IMG/VR virus record: IMGVR_UViG_3300028030_000008
Span: 1-64,000 of that record
Source of the DNA: a virus
Length of the DNA: 64,000 nt
Strand: one strand, 5' to 3'
Positions 17,018 to 27,623 of this stretch are shown here, in pieces (the first letter of the stretch is position 1; each line of letters starts with the position of its first letter). The notes below the pieces were generated by a model. That model was not told the origin of the DNA and did not search any database. It was given only the letters and a program-made list of their open reading frames with translations. The position numbers and the translations under genes are program-made.

Positions 17018-19700
17018 CTATGCTCCTATATAAATTTGTAATTCCATAATCCTTGTTTAGCCAATCCCTTGTGGTTTCGTAGTCGGGAAATGTCCAGCTA
17101 CCATCGTCTTGCTTGCCGTAATCGTTCATCCTGTCACCAAACAAGTCTCTCATTGTTTTTTCTGCGTGCGTACTACTCATTCCGTTATCATGCTCTTTGT
17201 ACAGAAAATCAACAGCAGCTTCTCCGGTCTTTTGTTCATGCGCCTGTGCGATTCCGGCCCACATACCAGTATAAGTATCATAGGCGTTAATGTCCCACTT
17301 ATTTTCTCCGTATCCCATCATTGCGTGGGCCGCTGCGCCGTACTGTTTTGACGGGTCTGTTATTGGGGTATCGTAATACTTACTCATCAAGATGCGAGCC
17401 ATCAATTCGTTTTGGCCTTCGTTGTAATGAGAAAATTGCTTTGTATATTCGTCCATATCCCTTGCTTCTGTTTCTACAGGGGACTCTCCGTTTCCCTCTT
17501 GTCTGCTGTGGGCAAACTCGTGAAGCGCCAAATCAACCGCGACAGGATTGCCTTGCAAGAACGCAGCCTTTAGCTTTTCATTTACCGTAATGGTATCTGT
17601 ATCCGGGTCGTAGTGTCCAGACGATACCATATCTGATGATAATTTTCCAGTTGTATCTTGAAAGCCAGTCATTCCGAGTTCCGCAACAAAGGCTTCAATA
17701 TCAGAAACCATCGCGTCAACAGATTCGTAACCCTTTGCATCAGCAATAACTTTCAAATTAAAAGCAAGCTCGTCTTTATTCAAGCCCATGCCCTCAAGCA
17801 AGCCTTGCGGTGTATCTTGTTCTGGGATATTCTTGCTAGGATTTGGTTCTTTTTTACCCTCCTTCTTAGCAAACCTACCACTTGCGTCCCTGACAACCTT
17901 TTCCTCCTCCCAATCATCGCCGACGAGTCTAATTGGGCTGCTTGTACGCAGTTTGTTAATGTCGCTTTCGCTAAGAATGAGCGGCAACGCTCCTCTGTCT
18001 AGTAGGTGCTTGGCAAGTTTTTCGTAGTCAAATTCTGCTTTCTTAGCATCGTCAACTTTGCCCTTTTCGATTTGAGACGTGCTAGATTTTGCCCCTTGAT
18101 TTGGAGACTCATCTTTCGCGAATTTCTTGTTGAGCTTCATCTGAGCTTCTTGTTTTGCCAACGACTCTTCTTCGAGTTTCTTTTTCTTGCGATCAAACTG
18201 CCCTTCATCCAGAAATGCGATGCCAGCATCAATTGCCATGCGTTCATAATCCACTCTACCGAGTGCATCCTGTGCCAACGGAGAGTTTCCGGCAACGCCG
18301 AACAACTTGGTTATCATATCAATATCTTGAACATCTTGTCCTTGCGTCATAAATCTAAGCGGGGGCGGACTTGCGCCTCTTTTCCATTTCGCTATCCATG
18401 GGAAGAAGTAATCGTTCAGGCTACCAACAATTCCCGCAACTGTCATTTGGTTTTGAATGGAGTTGGCGCGAGCGTGGACTTCCGCCATCCCGTAAGAACC
18501 TGTCGTGCCGCTATCCTTCGACACTGCGCGGTCTGCAATAATCATAGACCTGAGTATCATTTGCGTAAGCTGCTCAAGTACATCAATGAATGGCTGACTG
18601 CGCTCTTGGGCAGTCAGATACTTTATGTCCCACAATGGCTTGCCGCTGTGAGGGTCAATATCTGATGGAAGCGCAAGGGCCGACGAAACACCGGCGTTTC
18701 CGGCAACGGCCAAACCCCACACCATAGCGTCAACCAGGTCTGTTGTTCCGGGTTTACGAACCATCTTTTTCGATGGGGCAGTTACAACCGTGACCGGCGT
18801 CCCCATCCTCTCCATGTATCTTACCATTGAGCGAATGACAACCTCGTACCAGAACCATAAAGGATAAACAGCCTCATAGGATGATGTCCCCCAAATACTT
18901 CTGAACTTTTCTTCATTGACAAGTACAAGTGAATTTTGTACTGGTACTTGTATTTCGTTGTGAAATCCCGCGCTATTTGGTTTTTGCACAAAGCCGTTAA
19001 ACTTCATCTTAGCTGTACGCCGAATATGGCTAACTGTGGCAGGATGAACCTGTTTTGGGAGTTTCGGCATTGTCCATATTTCACGCGCCGAACGAGACTT
19101 TGACAACCCAAGCTCGTAAGATGTCATATTGGCAAACACAGTTTCTTGAATTGAGTTACCATAAATAAACATCGAGTCAATAGCATTGGACATCATTCTG
19201 AAAATAATTCTGTCCATCGCGGCGGTTGTTGCGCGTTGCAGGGGGTCATCTGTAGACCAAATACGCCACGTTCTCTGACTTCTAAACGGGGCCAATGCGC
19301 CAGCTTTTTTGACATAAGTGGCAAACTTCACTACACCATTTTCGGCCATTTTGTCAATAGTCTCGTAAGCCAAAGCGTCATCCGGTCTGTATTCCTTTTT
19401 GCCATCCCAAGATAGCACCCATTCGCCAACAGTGCGAACTGTGCTAAGGCTTGGAACTTTTACCACATCGCCCTTCTGTTCTGCGGCGACAAGCTCCATC
19501 ATTCTCAGCATTTCAGGGGACTTACCCGTGACGCTTTCAACCATACTAACAACATCATCTGGAATACTACCCTGTGAAACAACCTCTATTTTCGGTTTTG
19601 GCTTGTTGCGATTTGCCGAGCATTTTGCTGAACAAAACTTTCTACCCGTCTTAAGCGGGTTGTCGCAACCTTCTCTTTGGCATACTGTCATAAGGTTCAC
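16977..19700 (-). CDS. Portal protein (DUF935/Mu gp29-like) fused to a C-terminal HExxH metallopeptidase domain
   Basis: After TerL; 'YMERMGTP' and 'GSYGMAEVH' portal motifs; C-terminal 'GHYDP..TITVN...LALHEFAHSRQ...NEGQNE'. Confidence 0.85.
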   Translation of the reverse strand: MNLMTVCQREGCDNPLKTGRKFCSAKCSANRNKPKPKIEVVSQGSIPDDVVSMVESVTGKSPEMLRMMELVAAEQKGDVVKVPSLSTVRTVGEWVLSWDGKKEYRPDDALAYETIDKMAENGVVKFATYVKKAGALAPFRSQRTWRIWSTDDPLQRATTAAMDRIIFRMMSNAIDSMFIYGNSIQETVFANMTSYELGLSKSRSAREIWTMPKLPKQVHPATVSHIRRTAKMKFNGFVQKPNSAGFHNEIQVPVQNSLVLVNEEKFRSIWGTSSYEAVYPLWFWYEVVIRSMVRYMERMGTPVTVVTAPSKKMVRKPGTTDLVDAMVWGLAVAGNAGVSSALALPSDIDPHSGKPLWDIKYLTAQERSQPFIDVLEQLTQMILRSMIIADRAVSKDSGTTGSYGMAEVHARANSIQNQMTVAGIVGSLNDYFFPWIAKWKRGASPPPLRFMTQGQDVQDIDMITKLFGVAGNSPLAQDALGRVDYERMAIDAGIAFLDEGQFDRKKKKLEEESLAKQEAQMKLNKKFAKDESPNQGAKSSTSQIEKGKVDDAKKAEFDYEKLAKHLLDRGALPLILSESDINKLRTSSPIRLVGDDWEEEKVVRDASGRFAKKEGKKEPNPSKNIPEQDTPQGLLEGMGLNKDELAFNLKVIADAKGYESVDAMVSDIEAFVAELGMTGFQDTTGKLSSDMVSSGHYDPDTDTITVNEKLKAAFLQGNPVAVDLALHEFAHSRQEGNGESPVETEARDMDEYTKQFSHYNEGQNELMARILMSKYYDTPITDPSKQYGAAAHAMMGYGENKWDINAYDTYTGMWAGIAQAHEQKTGEAAVDFLYKEHDNGMSSTHAEKTMRDLFGDRMNDYGKQDDGSWTFPDYETTRDWLNKDYGITNLYRSIDDVVKQGYEKTDW

Positions 19701-21432
19701 CTGAACTTACGCCCATTTCCCTCATTAAATCAAAATCTGGGACTGGCATAGCTATTTTTGGTACGCTTAATCTTCCCGGCCCGTTTATTTCATCTGCCAT
19801 ACGCTTGCTAAAGTCCAACTCGGGAACTTGCGCCATCGGGCCGTACATTTGAGTTACGTCTATTCTCGTAGTGGTAACTTTACCTGTTTCCGAGCCGCGC
19901 TTTAGCTTGGTAGCATCTGCGCCCCAAGAAAACTCCTTACCACCGTTTTCGAGCATGTTTTCGTGAGCAATTATCAGACTTAGAACATCGTCATCGTTGT
20001 ATCCGGCAGGTGCGGTATAGCGATTTGCGCCCGGCCCGTTATCTTGGAAAACTTGCAATTGTTGGTACGTTCTCAAACTTGTAATGACAATCTGGTGCGT
20101 TTCAATGGCAATCTTTAGCCGCTGAACACCGCCCCACTTTGTTTTTTGGGTTTGTTGGAATATTTCTACTTCACTGTAGAAGTCATCTGGAAGCACATGA
20201 TTGTCATACGCTACAGAGCCACCACCTTGCTCCTCTATTTTGAGTATACCGGGGAACTCTTTATGCAAAGCTGATAGCTTGCCGGAAATCTTTACCAAAT
20301 CGCCCGTTGACGGATCGTCAATTTCGTATCCAGCCCATTCGTTTAGCGACTCTTGCGAATAGTAGTGCATAGCCTGAATACCGCTATCCGTTAAGGCTGT
20401 AAATGAGTGCCAATCTTTTTCAGAAGACTTCTTGTGTAGCTTTCCTTGCATTGTATCAGCGCCAGAGTAGTACATTGTAGTTCCGTTGCCGACTTGATTT
20501 CTATAGCTTTCAAGTTCATCTGCAAGTTCTGGATATTCCTCAATGGGTTTGTAGCAGTTAGCAAGATGGGTGGGGTCAAACACAACATTACCGGACGATA
20601 GGAATTGCAATTCCCACTCTTGGGCAGCATCATCGGTGTCGGACGATGCTTTGTCAGCCTCAACCATTTCCCTTGTGAGCCACGAGTCTGACCAGTGAAC
20701 TTCGAGGTACTCCCAAAGTTTATTCCCGTTATCGTCAATATTTTCGCCAAGTTGAGATTGAGAAACAAGCTGGTGAAACTTATTCCCTGTTCCGTTCGGC
20801 GAGCTTCCAACAGCCCAAGTGCCACCGCCGATAATTGTTTTTGAAATAGCTCGCCATGTAATCCAATCATGGTCATAGAACGCAAACTCGTCGAGAAAGA
20901 GATAAGCTGCACCCTTACCACGCCCTGACTGGTCTGTATTCGTCAGGCTAACTACAGTTGACGTGTTCGATAATCTACCGAACTTGTCATTGTACCCTCT
21001 TGTTAGCTGACTTTTATTGGAAACAATGATTGTACCTCGAAGCCAGGGGGCTGGTGTTGCTTCGTCGAAATTATCGCTGTCATGGTGGCGAAGATTGTTC
21101 AAAATAAACTTCACTTTATCCAAAACTGCAATGGCTTCATTTTCCGTTCTTGACAACAAAAGAACTTTTATCCCCTTCTGGAAGTTGATTAGCCACGCAG
21201 CAAAGGCTGCTAAAATCCAAGACCAGCCAACTCGCCGCGACTTGAGGACAACTATCTTTTCGCCTCTTTGCAAACTCTCTAAAATTTTAATTTGGAATGG
21301 AAATGGAATAAACGGAAGGACTTCTGCTGTGGCCTCTCTCTCTACCCAGCAGTAGTTTTCAATAAAGTATCTAGGGTCTTTTCTACACCAAGCAAGTTCT
21401 TCAACTTGCCAAGGTTGAAGCCTAACGCTCAT
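19651..21432 (-). CDS. terL: Terminase large subunit (T4 gp17-like)
   Basis: Walker A KSRRVGWS, Walker B LFLDEFAF, coupling motif SSPNG, nuclease GAD and DDDV. Confidence 0.95.
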   Translation of the reverse strand: MSVRLQPWQVEELAWCRKDPRYFIENYCWVEREATAEVLPFIPFPFQIKILESLQRGEKIVVLKSRRVGWSWILAAFAAWLINFQKGIKVLLLSRTENEAIAVLDKVKFILNNLRHHDSDNFDEATPAPWLRGTIIVSNKSQLTRGYNDKFGRLSNTSTVVSLTNTDQSGRGKGAAYLFLDEFAFYDHDWITWRAISKTIIGGGTWAVGSSPNGTGNKFHQLVSQSQLGENIDDNGNKLWEYLEVHWSDSWLTREMVEADKASSDTDDAAQEWELQFLSSGNVVFDPTHLANCYKPIEEYPELADELESYRNQVGNGTTMYYSGADTMQGKLHKKSSEKDWHSFTALTDSGIQAMHYYSQESLNEWAGYEIDDPSTGDLVKISGKLSALHKEFPGILKIEEQGGGSVAYDNHVLPDDFYSEVEIFQQTQKTKWGGVQRLKIAIETHQIVITSLRTYQQLQVFQDNGPGANRYTAPAGYNDDDVLSLIIAHENMLENGGKEFSWGADATKLKRGSETGKVTTTRIDVTQMYGPMAQVPELDFSKRMADEINGPGRLSVPKIAMPVPDFDLMREMGVSSGEPYDSMPKRRLRQPA

Positions 21433-21925
21433 TGTTCCTCATTGCGCTGTCAACTATATCGAGAACCTCATCCATTGATGTTTTAGCGGAGCCAGGTTGG
21501 AAATTTACCCCGCTTCTGTCAAGTAATTCGAGCCACATTTTAATTTGTTGTGCATCAACTTTACGCTGTTCCTCTCTTGCTCTTTCTATGTCTTCGTAGA
21601 GATAGCGTGTAACTTGACGAATTTGGTGCATCGCGTCGTCTGCGCTAAGACGAAATAAATGTGTTATATCTTCGCCGCAGTGAGGACACAAGACTTCTTC
21701 AACTCTCTCACGAAGCTCGTTCCAACGACCGTCAGGGTCTTCCCATGACAGTTTTTTGATAACATCGGTATCAACACGAGTACCAATTAACTCTTCGGAC
21801 TTTCGAGAGAGTTTATCAAATGTTAATCCGGGGTGAGCTAAGTAGTATTCCTTTAGAATGTCAACATGCTCGTCTTGTACGGCTGTTTTCGCCGCTCTGC
21901 GATGCACAACTCTCTGTTTCGTCAT
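21422..21925 (-). CDS. Probable terminase small subunit
   Basis: Immediately upstream of terL; HTH-like N-terminus, CPHCG. Confidence 0.55.
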   Translation of the reverse strand: MTKQRVVHRRAAKTAVQDEHVDILKEYYLAHPGLTFDKLSRKSEELIGTRVDTDVIKKLSWEDPDGRWNELRERVEEVLCPHCGEDITHLFRLSADDAMHQIRQVTRYLYEDIERAREEQRKVDAQQIKMWLELLDRSGVNFQPGSAKTSMDEVLDIVDSAMRNNER

Positions 21926-21932
21926 GGTATAG

Positions 21933-21961
21933 AGTTTACACTAATTTTACCGAAAGTTCAA
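21933..21961 (-). promoter_or_regulatory. Sigma70 promoter of the terminase operon (leaderless)
   Basis: TTGAAC-17-TAAACT, 7 nt, then ATG. Confidence 0.6.
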
Positions 21962-21996
21962 ATCAAGGTTGCTAAAATGTTAATCAACCTTTGAAT

Positions 21997-22025
21997 TTGA
22001 CAAAACAGAAAGGGTGTGCTACAAT
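21997..22025 (+). promoter_or_regulatory. Sigma70 promoter (leaderless)
   Basis: TTGACA-17-TACAAT, 6 nt, then ATG 22032. Confidence 0.8.
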
Positions 22026-22031
22026 CACTTT

Positions 22032-22442
22032 ATGGATGGATGGAACGTAAGCGACGACGTAAGAAGGCTAAACCCTGACATTTTTGGTGGCAAGCCGGTG
22101 AAGCGAAATAGGAATAAGTTTGGCGCAACCAAGACAGTGGTTGACGGTATCAAGTTTGATAGCAAGGGCGAAGCAAATAGGTACTTGGAGCTCAAAGAAC
22201 TTCAAGAGCTTGGCGCAATTTCAAATCTCGAACTGCAACCAAAGTTTACGCTCATTCCGGCTTTCGAGCATGGAGGGAAGAAGTACAGGGCGATGACGTA
22301 CTCTGCTGATTTTCGATACACCTCTGGTACACTCACATTTGTTGAGGATTTTAAGGGTTTTGAAACAGAGGTATTTAAGATTAAGCGCAAACTTCTTTTG
22401 TATCAAAATCCAAACATCAATTTCATTACCACCCGAAAATGA
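22032..22442 (+). CDS. DUF1064 PD-(D/E)xK nuclease
   Basis: NKFGATKTVVDGIKFDSKGEA...YSADF...VEDFKG. Confidence 0.9.
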   Translation: MDGWNVSDDVRRLNPDIFGGKPVKRNRNKFGATKTVVDGIKFDSKGEANRYLELKELQELGAISNLELQPKFTLIPAFEHGGKKYRAMTYSADFRYTSGTLTFVEDFKGFETEVFKIKRKLLLYQNPNINFITTRK

Positions 22443-22972
22443 AAGACATTAACCTAGATTTTGACGATAGTATTCAGGCGCGCGACGACAACATTTGGAT
22501 ACCAACCAAAAAGTTTAGGAAGCAGTACATTCGTGTAAAACCGAGATACCGAAACAAGATCGAGGTTGTTGAGGATTACGAGGGTAATCTCGTTGAGGAA
22601 ATTCCAGATGAAGAATACCGCTTGAGAATAGAGCGCCCACGAAGAACGCATTTCAAAGGGAGGGAAAGCGCGGGGACTAGAGGAGAGTGGGATTGGTTGA
22701 TAAAAATAGCGCAAGAGGTTATCAACGAATACGGAGATAAACCTGTAGAGTCAAAGAAAATAGTGGCTCTAATTTGCCCAAAGTACAACATGGCGCAGCA
22801 AACTCTTTCTCAGAGGCTAAGAAGATGTTGGCGCAGGGGGTGGATAAGGCGTTGGCAAATGCACAATAATCGAGGAGAGGCAATAGGGAGACACGGTAAA
22901 AAATTGCCCCACTTCTGGAAATTTGAAAGGATAGATGATGACAAATTTGGACACCCAAGAATTGACTATTAA
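22439..22972 (+). CDS. Hypothetical basic protein (possible wHTH)
   Basis: QQTLSQRLRRCWRRGWI. Confidence 0.55.
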   Translation: MKDINLDFDDSIQARDDNIWIPTKKFRKQYIRVKPRYRNKIEVVEDYEGNLVEEIPDEEYRLRIERPRRTHFKGRESAGTRGEWDWLIKIAQEVINEYGDKPVESKKIVALICPKYNMAQQTLSQRLRRCWRRGWIRRWQMHNNRGEAIGRHGKKLPHFWKFERIDDDKFGHPRIDY

Positions 22973-23231
22973 CGAGAATGACAAACGGTGGGAGATTTTG
23001 TATAAAATCCTACTCGCCGAGTACAAAACACAAGAGCCGCAAGTTTCTCTGACAATTAGAGAAATGGGACATCGTATGGCGATGGTGCTTGGACAAGATG
23101 CGTCAATTTCGAGTAGCGTGATTGCCCACTATCTCAAAAAGTTAAAGGATAATGGGTATATTGATTTTCCAAAAATGCGCCCCGGTGTGAAGTCGCGGGA
23201 CGCAAGTAAAATTATTTTGAAACAGGTCTAG
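22935..23231 (+). CDS. wHTH (LexA-N-like) DNA-binding protein
   Basis: LTIREMG...SSSVIAHYLKKLKDNGYI. Confidence 0.65.
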   Translation: MMTNLDTQELTINENDKRWEILYKILLAEYKTQEPQVSLTIREMGHRMAMVLGQDASISSSVIAHYLKKLKDNGYIDFPKMRPGVKSRDASKIILKQV

Positions 23232-23240
23232 GAGGGCCAA

Positions 23241-23504
23241 ATGAAACCGTTTTACAAAAGCAAGACCATGATATTCAATGCGGCGCTCGCAGCTTCGCCG
23301 TTCATCGTTGCAGCTTTAGTGTGGCTGCAATCTGTTTTCACCAATGAGGAATTTCTACCTGCGCTTGCATCTTTGTTGGCCGTACTTGGTGTAAATCTTG
23401 ATATGGCGCTATCTGCGTCTGTTGTTACAGTTCTTGTTGCGGTGATTGGTATGATTTTGCGCTCAGTCACCGATACCGGCATTACCTTCAAGAAACTATG
23501 GTAA
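23241..23504 (+). CDS. Holin-like membrane protein
   Basis: MKPFYKSKT..FN start, 2-3 TM segments, ILRSVT end; next to a hydrolase. Confidence 0.7.
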   Translation: MKPFYKSKTMIFNAALAASPFIVAALVWLQSVFTNEEFLPALASLLAVLGVNLDMALSASVVTVLVAVIGMILRSVTDTGITFKKLW

Positions 23505-23607
23505 ACTACTGGCTAGAAGCAGTGACTATAGCGGTTCACTTGCTGGTACAAGTGTTCGTTGTAGTCGCTGCTTCACCTGCTTCGGTGCACGGGAGTCTCG
23601 TTGAAAA

Positions 23608-24030
23608 ATGGGAAGCAGCTTTTATCTTACTCGTTATCTCTTTATTAAATTTCGCGTTGTACTCATCATTGCGGTCTTATTTTTCGGAATTATATATCCC
23701 GCAAGCGCGGGTTCACCGGATATTGAGCTTGCAAGAATCCTCGAAGGAGAAGCATCATTCGAGGACTGTGGATTCTTAGGACTTATTGCTGTAGCGCATG
23801 TTTATAGCCGTAATAGTATAATGTACGGTTACGCAAAATCATCTCCGCAATCAAGGTTGGTGGCAGAAGTGTGGGAAAGTATACCCGACCCAACACACAA
23901 CTCAACATATATTTTTGGTGAAGCAGATTTACAAAAAAGTAAAGTGCGCTTGCTAGTATCAAAGGAAAAGCTCAAGCTAAAGTTGAGGGTACGCTGTAAT
24001 AGCGGAGACTTATTCGCGTATGGAAAATGA
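23608..24030 (+). CDS. SleB/Hydrolase_2-like cell wall hydrolase with N-terminal TM/signal
   Basis: LARILEGEA...IAVAHV..RN...DPTHNSTY. Confidence 0.65.
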   Translation: MGSSFYLTRYLFIKFRVVLIIAVLFFGIIYPASAGSPDIELARILEGEASFEDCGFLGLIAVAHVYSRNSIMYGYAKSSPQSRLVAEVWESIPDPTHNSTYIFGEADLQKSKVRLLVSKEKLKLKLRVRCNSGDLFAYGK

Positions 24031-24039
24031 GGTTTAGAA

Positions 24040-24597
24040 ATGACAAATGACTTACAATCCGCAGCTATACACATCTACGGTAGTGACGCTCTAGCTATAG
24101 GCAGGAATTTGATTTACCAAGATTCTGGGCTAGACACTTCAATTGATTTCGTGGACGGTATCTTGCCGCAAGTTAATGTGCTACTCTTGCACCCAGACGC
24201 AAAGATGCCAGCGCGTGGGAGAAAAGGCGACATTGGGTATGATGTAAGAGCTGTAGAAAAAACTGTAATTCCGTTTGGTGGATTTATGTGGGTTTCTACT
24301 GGAATTGCAATGTCGTTTCCAAAGTATTTGTGGTATGAAGTTAAGCCAAGGAGTGGATTTTCCTTAAACAGGGGAATTTTCGTTCATCCCGGGACAATCG
24401 AGCATACATACACCGGGGAACTCAAAATTGGTATTCTCAACCTTGGAGGTAATTTCGGCAATGAATTGGTCATCAACAAAAGCCAACGTATCGCTCAAAT
24501 CCTGTGGCATAAAAGGGTGGATGTAACGCACAATGAAGTTGACAAGCTCCAAGAAACAGAAAGAGGGGCGCAGGGGTTTGGGAGTAGCGGGCTGTGA
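24040..24597 (+). CDS. dut: dUTPase
   Basis: GYDV, PRSG, GTIEHTYTGE, RIAQ, RGAQGFGSSG. Confidence 0.95.
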   Translation: MTNDLQSAAIHIYGSDALAIGRNLIYQDSGLDTSIDFVDGILPQVNVLLLHPDAKMPARGRKGDIGYDVRAVEKTVIPFGGFMWVSTGIAMSFPKYLWYEVKPRSGFSLNRGIFVHPGTIEHTYTGELKIGILNLGGNFGNELVINKSQRIAQILWHKRVDVTHNEVDKLQETERGAQGFGSSGL

Positions 24598-24851
24598 CAA
24601 GGGAAACCGCAGAATACTATAGCGAACTTGCAGAGTTGGGTTGTATTATTTGTCAAATGCCCGCCGAGATACATCACTTGACCGGCGCTGGGATGGCGCT
24701 TAAAAGCGAAAACGCAATACCGCTCTGCCCTCGACATCACAGAACGGGCGGATATGGAGTAGCTATTCACGCCGGAGAAAAGAAGTGGGAAGAAAACTTT
24801 GGAACGCAAGAGGAACTACTTGAGAGAGTAAAGAAGTTAATCGGTGACTAA
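24594..24851 (+). CDS. Ref/DUF968-like HNH nuclease
   Basis: GCIIC..PAEIHH...IPLCPRHHR..AIH. Confidence 0.85.
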   Translation: MTRETAEYYSELAELGCIICQMPAEIHHLTGAGMALKSENAIPLCPRHHRTGGYGVAIHAGEKKWEENFGTQEELLERVKKLIGD

Positions 24852-25137
24852 TAAACAAACAGCAGCGTTATTGAAACTTCTGAGACTTAAACTGGAAGCC
24901 GAAATATACGAAGCAGACGCTACACTTGGGGATAATGTTGTTAGAGTGCAAAATGACAAGTACATCGGCAATAACAGATTCGGAGAATTTCTAAGTTCCC
25001 CAATAACGCACCCCAATAAATGGGAAAAAGAGGATGGATTGGCCGTTGCATTAACCGGATTACTAGCCTTTACCATTGAAATCGAGGAAATAGAAGAAAT
25101 GCTAACGAGTGGTACAGAAGATGAAGACTCCGCCTGA
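24844..25137 (+). CDS. Hypothetical protein
   Basis: Coupled ORF. Confidence 0.55.
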   Translation: MTNKQTAALLKLLRLKLEAEIYEADATLGDNVVRVQNDKYIGNNRFGEFLSSPITHPNKWEKEDGLAVALTGLLAFTIEIEEIEEMLTSGTEDEDSA

Positions 25138-25777
25138 AAAAGTTCTAAACGAAGTAAGCGAAAACGAGGAAATCACATACTGGACTCGTCGCTCTGAATA
25201 TGAGATGGTCGAGGAGTTCGCTGAGGGATTTCTGTACATTTGGGTTTGGTCATTAGCAATGTTGGATATTTCCAACGCACTCGACATGCCATCAATTTTG
25301 TATGGCCTTCTGTTTAATCTCTTGTTTATCTGGACAATGGTTCGTGAATTTATCGAGTGGAAAGCAGAAGTACATGTTGTTACAGAGTACATTAGTGACA
25401 AAGGTGGGTCTTACTACAAATTTTGGGGAGCTTTTAGGCAGAGAGACAAGGAAATCCCAATCTCAGGTTCATCGCCGGATATTTCGACAGATACGCTACT
25501 CAGTGCAAGAATTTGGAGATTTATAACAGGCGAACATCTAAAAAAAATCACTTTGTCGTCTCAAGGGCGCACGTATATCAATGGTAGTAAAATGTCGCCA
25601 CAACTAAAAGCTGCAATCAAATCCGCCAGAGGAAGCCCAGCGGAAAAGAATGAAGCCGATTCTGATACAGTGCAGATTGCAAGAGAAGTCAGGAGGATGA
25701 TGAAGGACGGCACGCTTAGTAAGCACGAGGCAAGGCACTACGCAAGAAACTTAATCGAGAGAGCGGTAAATGGATAA
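25121..25777 (+). CDS. Membrane protein (2 TM)
   Basis: Two hydrophobic segments followed by a soluble domain. Confidence 0.65.
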   Translation: MKTPPEKVLNEVSENEEITYWTRRSEYEMVEEFAEGFLYIWVWSLAMLDISNALDMPSILYGLLFNLLFIWTMVREFIEWKAEVHVVTEYISDKGGSYYKFWGAFRQRDKEIPISGSSPDISTDTLLSARIWRFITGEHLKKITLSSQGRTYINGSKMSPQLKAAIKSARGSPAEKNEADSDTVQIAREVRRMMKDGTLSKHEARHYARNLIERAVNG

Positions 25778-26326
<549 letters not shown>

Positions 26327-26345
26327 ATAGCGGGGCTAGGTAAGT

Positions 26346-27614
26346 ATGGAAGTTCAAACCTCGTGGTGGTTAATCCCACTTCTAGTAGAAGCAGCATTTA
26401 GAATAATCAGCAAAGGCAGAATAAAGCCTTCCGTTATGATTGGTACGCTTTTGTATGGCGTTTTCCTGATTTTGCTTAGAATTTACTCGAAGATTTACTC
26501 GAAGATTCAGGAGAATCGCTTCCAGAGAGCGATGCAAGCAAAAGAACTACCAAAGATCGCCAGAAACGCAACCGAAGCTGCATCAATTCATCGTTTGAAG
26601 CCAATGGAGGTTGTAAGCGGTAAACGTGGTAGAAGATTAGTCAAAACCAACTACCTTAGACATCACACGCTTATTGCATCACTGACAGGTGGTGGAAAAA
26701 CCAATTACATCAACTCGATGCTAGTTCAGTTCTTCTCAAAAGGTGTTGAATTTACTGATGTTGCAGACGTTTACCTGTTTGACTTGAAGGGAGTTGAGGA
26801 AGACTACTTGCACCTCTGGAAGCCTGTCGTGAAAGGCTACTTTAGCATCACGGCGGAAGGAAGCGGAATTAACAAGGCGATTGAGCAGCTTGAGGAAGTG
26901 GCTGACTTGCTCAAAAAGCCAAAGAGAAAGCACGCTATTGTTATTATCGACGAGGTTGCAAGTCTTACATCTTTTATCAAAGACCCCCAAATCAGGCATT
27001 GGAGCGAAGCCACCCTTGATAAGTTGGCAATGCAATTACGCTCTCGCGGGACGCTGATTATAGCAACTCAGTATCCCAAGTTTGACATTATAGGGAGAGG
27101 TGTGACATCAAACTTGCCGCGCAAAATTGGTTTTATGGTAGACGATGTTAGTCAGGGGGAATTGATATTCAGAAGTAGGCCAAAGGAAAAAGATTTACCA
27201 AGATACCCCGGTGAGTTTTTAGTGAAAGAACCGGGAACAAGAGGGTTGATTTCCGGTAAATCCTTCCTCGTAAACTTACCCGACGAAATCAATAGCGCCG
27301 TAAAGAAGGTGCTTGATACCCAAATACAAGGAGACGCAAGGCTTGAATTTCTTGGGAAAATGATAGCAAATAAAGAAGTGGGAGCATCTCTCTTGGGTGT
27401 TAATAAGTTATCTGGTAACGGCTCCGGGATAAGGCAAGGGGATGCTCTGAGTATGCAAAGAAACTTTGTAGCAGCGAGTGCGTTAATTCCACCAAGCAAA
27501 AGAGGGCAACCGCACAAGCTGGCAGTAAGCTACGCAGAGGCATTTGGGCTTGTAAAAAAGTACATCGACGATGGTAGATGGGTAGAGGGATTGCCGCCGT
27601 CGCTGACAAAGTGA
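26346..27614 (+). CDS. FtsK/SpoIIIE-like ATPase with N-terminal TM
   Basis: HTLIASLTGGGKT, FDLKG, IIDE, ATQYP. Confidence 0.85.
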   Translation: MEVQTSWWLIPLLVEAAFRIISKGRIKPSVMIGTLLYGVFLILLRIYSKIYSKIQENRFQRAMQAKELPKIARNATEAASIHRLKPMEVVSGKRGRRLVKTNYLRHHTLIASLTGGGKTNYINSMLVQFFSKGVEFTDVADVYLFDLKGVEEDYLHLWKPVVKGYFSITAEGSGINKAIEQLEEVADLLKKPKRKHAIVIIDEVASLTSFIKDPQIRHWSEATLDKLAMQLRSRGTLIIATQYPKFDIIGRGVTSNLPRKIGFMVDDVSQGELIFRSRPKEKDLPRYPGEFLVKEPGTRGLISGKSFLVNLPDEINSAVKKVLDTQIQGDARLEFLGKMIANKEVGASLLGVNKLSGNGSGIRQGDALSMQRNFVAASALIPPSKRGQPHKLAVSYAEAFGLVKKYIDDGRWVEGLPPSLTK

Positions 27615-27623
27615 GGAGGAGTA

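Noticed and set aside
21938-21946. ACACTAATT in the terS promoter matches positions 2-10 of the orphan omegaRNA guide
   Set aside because: A 9-nt AT-rich match with a position-1 mismatch is expected by chance in 64 kb; a similar 9-mer occurs near 37368.
23498-23779. 93-aa hydrophobic ORF after the holin
   Set aside because: Overlaps the hydrolase ORF by ~170 nt; cannot decide whether it is real, so not listed.
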